A stretch of 64,000 bases of DNA from a virus (taxonomy: Duplodnaviria; Caudoviricetes): IMG/VR virus record IMGVR_UViG_3300021254_000020, positions 1-64,000 of that record. One strand, written 5' to 3'. A program made the position numbers and the translations under genes. Shown in pieces: positions 60,087 to 64,000 of the stretch. The notes below the pieces were generated by a model that had not been told where the DNA came from, ran no database searches, and was given only the letters and a program-made list of their open reading frames with translations. Each line of letters opens with the position of its first letter. The stretch's first letter is position 1.

Positions 60087-60129
60087 TTCATACACAAGAA
60101 CGGAGTAGAGGTACCCATCCTCTACTCCA

Positions 60130-60322
60130 ATTCCTTGTTTTAGTGTTTGAGAGAATACTAGTTAGTATCATCTTCTATTGTCGGAAAGGAACAACAGTAG
60201 TCGTATGATACATAGCATAGGCTTGCCAAAGCCATCCAAATATTAAGAGATTAATGAATTCGATCAGCGGATTTCCGTTCCAGCCCCAACCATTAGCTGT
60301 ACCGCCGACTACTATACTGTTA
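60130..60322 (-). ncRNA. Candidate structured small RNA with a UCCUUUCCG loop
   Basis: ORF-free; AGTAGTCG/CGACTACT long-range helix; several hairpins; G-U pairs favour the minus strand. Confidence 0.45.
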
Positions 60323-60398
60323 GTACCTATGTAAAAACCTATTTTGATAAATAACTGTGTTCAGTAAAAATGCATATTTTCAATTGTATATTATCGAG

Positions 60399-60478
60399 GT
60401 GAATAAGAGGTTACTTAGATATAGATCTAGGTGTAAAATAGCTATGATCCTCTGTTTACTTATCCTATAGAAAGGGGT
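60399..60478 (+). promoter_or_regulatory. Conserved structured 5' leader, copy 2
   Basis: GTAAAATAGCTATG at 60433-60446 after a covarying hairpin. Confidence 0.6.
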
Positions 60479-60485
60479 ATGTGCC

Positions 60486-60818
60486 ATGTCGACTCGTTTA
60501 TTTAAGATCAGATCATTTATGGATGCAGATATCGTTTCTGATAGCACCCATATTTATGATCGTATGATCGAACGCAAAATGAATATCCGTGATTTCCTGT
60601 ATCTCCTTGAATCCGCAGTAGATGACGTTCTTGATGAAGTCGATAGTGGCTTCGAAATTATGCTTCGTTCAAAGAGCATGAAAAAGAGCATCGTATTTGT
60701 AGCGGTATACAACGAGGAAAAGGACATCATTGATATTCAGATGATCACTTGCATCAATAAGTTTGCGGTAGTATCCGAAAAGGATGCTTATAAAACGCAT
60801 GCTTATGATGTAGCTTGA
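60486..60818 (+). CDS. Early protein with a DUF4258/RelE-like HxxxRMxER motif
   Basis: STHIYDRMIERKMN; C-terminal MITCI strand. Confidence 0.55.
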   Translation: MSTRLFKIRSFMDADIVSDSTHIYDRMIERKMNIRDFLYLLESAVDDVLDEVDSGFEIMLRSKSMKKSIVFVAVYNEEKDIIDIQMITCINKFAVVSEKDAYKTHAYDVA

Positions 60819-60961
60819 CAATTTAATATGGAGAAAGATAGGCAGTTAATTCTGCCTATCTTTTTTGCAATAGTTTTGTTATTCCGTTATATATTATTGT
60901 AGTGAGAAAGTCAATATTATAGGATATTGATTAGTGCATATACCTAGAAAGGGGTATTAGT

Positions 60962-61213
60962 ATGAACAGTATTACGCTAAAATTAACAAAGGGTCAGATC
61001 GAGTTTCTCAAAACACACAAAGATGTTATGGAAGACGTGAGCAAATATCTCACAGTAGAAACCATCATTGACTTGGCATCTCAAATTCGCGATTTGGAAA
61101 TGGATGATATCTCTGCATATCATAGTGGAGATATTGCGAATGTCGAGTTAGATGTCAAAATGGATACCAATGGGAATTGTTCTATTGGTATTGATAATGT
61201 TGATGTAAAGTAA
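60962..61213 (+). CDS. Hypothetical early protein
   Basis: Early-like promoter 60890-60904; GAAAGGGG RBS. Confidence 0.65.
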   Translation: MNSITLKLTKGQIEFLKTHKDVMEDVSKYLTVETIIDLASQIRDLEMDDISAYHSGDIANVELDVKMDTNGNCSIGIDNVDVK

Positions 61214-61222
61214 GAGGAGGAA

Positions 61223-61918
61223 ATGACCATGTTAGCAAATAAAGTATTTAGCCAGGACGTAAATACCGTAATCAAATTCATTAGCAATTTATCTCACGAT
61301 GTTACTGAAAATAAATTATCATTCCAGTTTGAGATCAAAGCATTGAAAAATAGCGGTAAAAACGAGAAAGCCCATATACTTGAAAAACGCTGCGCTATGT
61401 TCTTAGAAGAAGCAAAGAAAGTAGAACAGGTATATGAGCATAACCTCGAGCAGGGCACCAAATTACATCGTTTATTAATTTCGAAGTATGGGTACAATGA
61501 AGCTACTAGTGAACTTAATAAAGAGCTGGAGCTTGATAACTTTAAAGATTATTTCATCAATAATTATTCTCTGTTCCGCAAAGCTGTAGGACTCACCCGC
61601 AAGCAGGTAGGAATCGAATTACATGTAACAGAAACGTATATCTATAGTATAGAACGAAATAATGATGAGAAATTCTTCAGCCTGTATTTCCTTGCAGTTT
61701 TGAAAAAGAGTAAATCTCTTGGGAATTTCGATATGCTCATTCTCAGCCATAGGGAAAAGGAGTTGTTCGAAAACATCGTGCTTACAAACAAAAACAAATA
61801 TAATGTAAGAGAATCTCTCACTCCTCAAAAAGTTGCTATGCTTGAAAAAGAGGAATGTGTAGATTACGATGGTATTAAAATTCCCAAGTTTCTGATGAAC
61901 GTGTTATTTAATTCTTAA
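61223..61918 (+). CDS. XRE-type helix-turn-helix protein
   Basis: FRKAVGLTRKQVGIELHVTETYIYSIERN. Confidence 0.7.
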   Translation: MTMLANKVFSQDVNTVIKFISNLSHDVTENKLSFQFEIKALKNSGKNEKAHILEKRCAMFLEEAKKVEQVYEHNLEQGTKLHRLLISKYGYNEATSELNKELELDNFKDYFINNYSLFRKAVGLTRKQVGIELHVTETYIYSIERNNDEKFFSLYFLAVLKKSKSLGNFDMLILSHREKELFENIVLTNKNKYNVRESLTPQKVAMLEKEECVDYDGIKIPKFLMNVLFNS

Positions 61919-61931
61919 GGAGGAAAATAAA

Positions 61932-62318
61932 ATGAGAGAAAAATTGATTGCAGGGTTGATTAACAGCGCAGATTCTATTCTTGAAGTAGCAAAAACTGGC
62001 AATAAGTTGGCAATGCCAGTATACTATTTATTCAGTTTGGTCGGTATGGCAATATCTCTTCCAATAACTATATTGGTCACAATTCCGTTCATTAGTAATG
62101 CACATGTTAGATCATTGCTTATTAGATCTATCAATAATACTATAAGAATGGTAGGGATCTCCTTTGTCGGTATGTTTCTATCTCCATTATCGCCTACGTC
62201 TTTCATTATAGTAACGATTGAGTCATTAGAAGCTAGCCTAAATGGTTATGGCACTAGCTTAAAAATGTATGATCGTCCATACGATGAGAAGACCGTAAAA
62301 GAATATTTGGCAGCATAA
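61932..62318 (+). CDS. Membrane protein
   Basis: Two to three hydrophobic segments; resembles the N-terminal half of 62428-63159. Confidence 0.7.
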   Translation: MREKLIAGLINSADSILEVAKTGNKLAMPVYYLFSLVGMAISLPITILVTIPFISNAHVRSLLIRSINNTIRMVGISFVGMFLSPLSPTSFIIVTIESLEASLNGYGTSLKMYDRPYDEKTVKEYLAA

Positions 62319-62427
62319 GCATAACAAATCCCCCTCACTTGAGGGGGTTATTTTTTGTAAACTGCAATACGATTATATATTATACTAGTGAGTGATAATA
62401 AATTGAAATTTAAAGGAGGATAAACCT

Positions 62428-63159
62428 ATGCCTATTTTTGATCAATTTTTAATGAGACTTATCAGTGAGCTTATTGATTACGGAAGAGCAAATAATAAGT
62501 TTGCTATTGTCAGAAAACTACTAGGAGTCTTTGTATTTTCAACAGCTCTTACATTGATGAGCACTATACTTCTTCCATTTTCTGTGTTACTGGGTAAAGA
62601 TAGTTTGAGTAGTTGTTTTAAAAGCATATATGTATATGGTCGTCTACTTGGAGCTTCTCTGATAGGAATTCCAGTTACAATAATTAACCCTAAAGATGTG
62701 GTAATATCTGTAGTGACTTTGTTAGCAGATGTAATCAAACTGTTCTCTGGAAAGGACGTCAATTTCGGACCTTCTGATGATAAGGATGCTATGCTTAAAG
62801 TTATATTAAATACTGAACCTGGAGCTACTGTAGTATTTAATGTACCAAATCAACCTACGATTTCTATTGAAGATCAGATCAATGATGAATTGAGAAATAA
62901 TACTTTGTTTAAAAGAAGGTTTGATACTAATGCACAATTATACGATGCGTATTGGCCCATGTATACTAATATGATGGAAGAATTAAAGAAGCTTCTCAAA
63001 TCAAGCCCAAATGAATTTGATAGTTTAATGCATATTAAAGTAGATATGACTAATGAGTTCAATGCATTATCGGCAGAGATAATCAATTTACAATCTGATA
63101 CTGATTTTGAGATAATGGATTCCAAGATCAGAAATTTTATGAACAAGTATAAATCATAA
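62428..63159 (+). CDS. Membrane protein with a soluble helical C-terminal domain
   Basis: Hydrophobic N-half; early-like promoter 62376-62390. Confidence 0.72.
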   Translation: MPIFDQFLMRLISELIDYGRANNKFAIVRKLLGVFVFSTALTLMSTILLPFSVLLGKDSLSSCFKSIYVYGRLLGASLIGIPVTIINPKDVVISVVTLLADVIKLFSGKDVNFGPSDDKDAMLKVILNTEPGATVVFNVPNQPTISIEDQINDELRNNTLFKRRFDTNAQLYDAYWPMYTNMMEELKKLLKSSPNEFDSLMHIKVDMTNEFNALSAEIINLQSDTDFEIMDSKIRNFMNKYKS

Positions 63160-63179
63160 TATGATTATATACTATAGTA

Positions 63180-63313
63180 ATGTAGGAAGTATGACACTTG
63201 TGTTAACACAATGCATTCCTACATGTGTCTACATGGCATCGCTCATAGCGATGACCTCCAAAAAAGAAGAGCCTATATATCGCTGCTGTGGTTGATCGGT
63301 TCTTCTTTTTTTT
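63180..63313 (+). ncRNA. Candidate early small RNA with unpaired ACCUCC
   Basis: Promoter 63168-63182; stems 63180-63224 and 63237-63253; ACCTCC at 63254-63259; terminator to 63313. Confidence 0.55.
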
Positions 63314-63405
63314 CTAATTGACACAGTGAAATGGAGAGAGTCACTACGACTCTCTCCATCTCTATGGTTAGCCGTTCTATTGAACGGTGGCAATTGGAAT
63401 CGATA

Positions 63406-64000
63406 TTAGTAACCAGTGGTATCATTGCTCGGTGCCGGGTTAGACGGATCCGATACAGCATAATTAGGCTGGTGAGCCGACTTATTGTTGCCATAGACCG
63501 CATCTTTAAACTCGCCCGGAGCATTAGTCATCTGGTTCATTACGCTGACTGGAGTCTTCGGAATAGCATCGGAACCGAACTGAACGAACTGCTTAGTGGT
63601 TTCATCGAAGGTAATCTTATTAGCAGTGTAGTCGTTGAGAGCACGCGGACCGATCGGGCTGTCATTCTCAACTTCAGTCTTGAGACCAGTCGGGTTGAGG
63701 ATCTGGATACGACCCTGAACAGGTTGATAGCTCAGGAACAGGAAGCGTTCGAATGCAGTTACTGCCGGCAGCTGGTAGTTATCCGTATCACGAATTTCGT
63801 TACCAACGTACAGCTGATAATCGAAGATCTTGTACATGATACGATTCGAGTTACGCGGATTCAGAATGATAATCAGGTTGTTATCGTTACGCAGCTTGTT
63901 GGAGCTGATGAACTGGTAAACACGATTATCGCTAGTCTTAACCGTCTTCTTATAGTCGAGCATTACAGGACCAATGTTGGACGGAGTTACATAGCTGTAT
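63406..64000 (-). CDS. Probable major capsid protein, C-terminal part (continues beyond the window)
   Basis: Open to the window edge; very strong C-ending codon bias; LPAVTAFERF..YQPVQGRIQILNP resembles my recollection of capsid C-termini in this group; terminator near 63330-63360. Confidence 0.68.
   Translation of the reverse strand, partial: YSYVTPSNIGPVMLDYKKTVKTSDNRVYQFISSNKLRNDNNLIIILNPRNSNRIMYKIFDYQLYVGNEIRDTDNYQLPAVTAFERFLFLSYQPVQGRIQILNPTGLKTEVENDSPIGPRALNDYTANKITFDETTKQFVQFGSDAIPKTPVSVMNQMTNAPGEFKDAVYGNNKSAHQPNYAVSDPSNPAPSNDTTGY

Noticed and set aside
1-64000. tRNA or rRNA genes, integrase, transposase, reverse transcriptase (DGR or retron)
   Set aside because: No cloverleaf with a GTTCRA T-loop in intergenic space and no YxDD RT, DDE or recombinase motifs seen by eye; not confirmed by software.

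Overview
AT-rich 64 kb segment of a jumbo myophage of the AR9/PBS1 (phiKZ-related) type. Strong AGGAGG/GAAAGG ribosome-binding sites suggest a Bacillota host (inference). Core genes: split family-B DNA polymerase, RNA polymerase beta'-type fragment, SF2 helicase, portal, tail tube, tail sheath, large terminase, T4 gp21-like prohead protease, dTMP kinase, radical SAM protein, two HNH endonucleases, M15A peptidase, primase, a candidate sigma-like nvRNAP subunit, a GroEL-like chaperonin and the 3' end of the probable major capsid gene. Two promoter classes can be read from the sequence: TATAYTAT-N5-TG (early-like, about 19 copies) and NACW-N6-TA (AR9 late-like). The most unusual signals lie outside the long ORFs: (1) two non-coding arrays of about 7 units with a 35-40 nt period, built from two alternating short motifs separated by unique segments (41392-41652 +, 46700-46985 -); (2) five promoter-to-terminator structured RNAs displaying anti-Shine-Dalgarno sequences; (3) a 58-aa microprotein with a synonymously recoded, exact 12-aa copy of a capsid C-terminal motif; (4) start-less coding cassettes sharing a 13-bp junction at the left edge; (5) a covarying 5' leader shared by two early operons. 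All calls come from reading motifs by eye; no database search or folding program was run.
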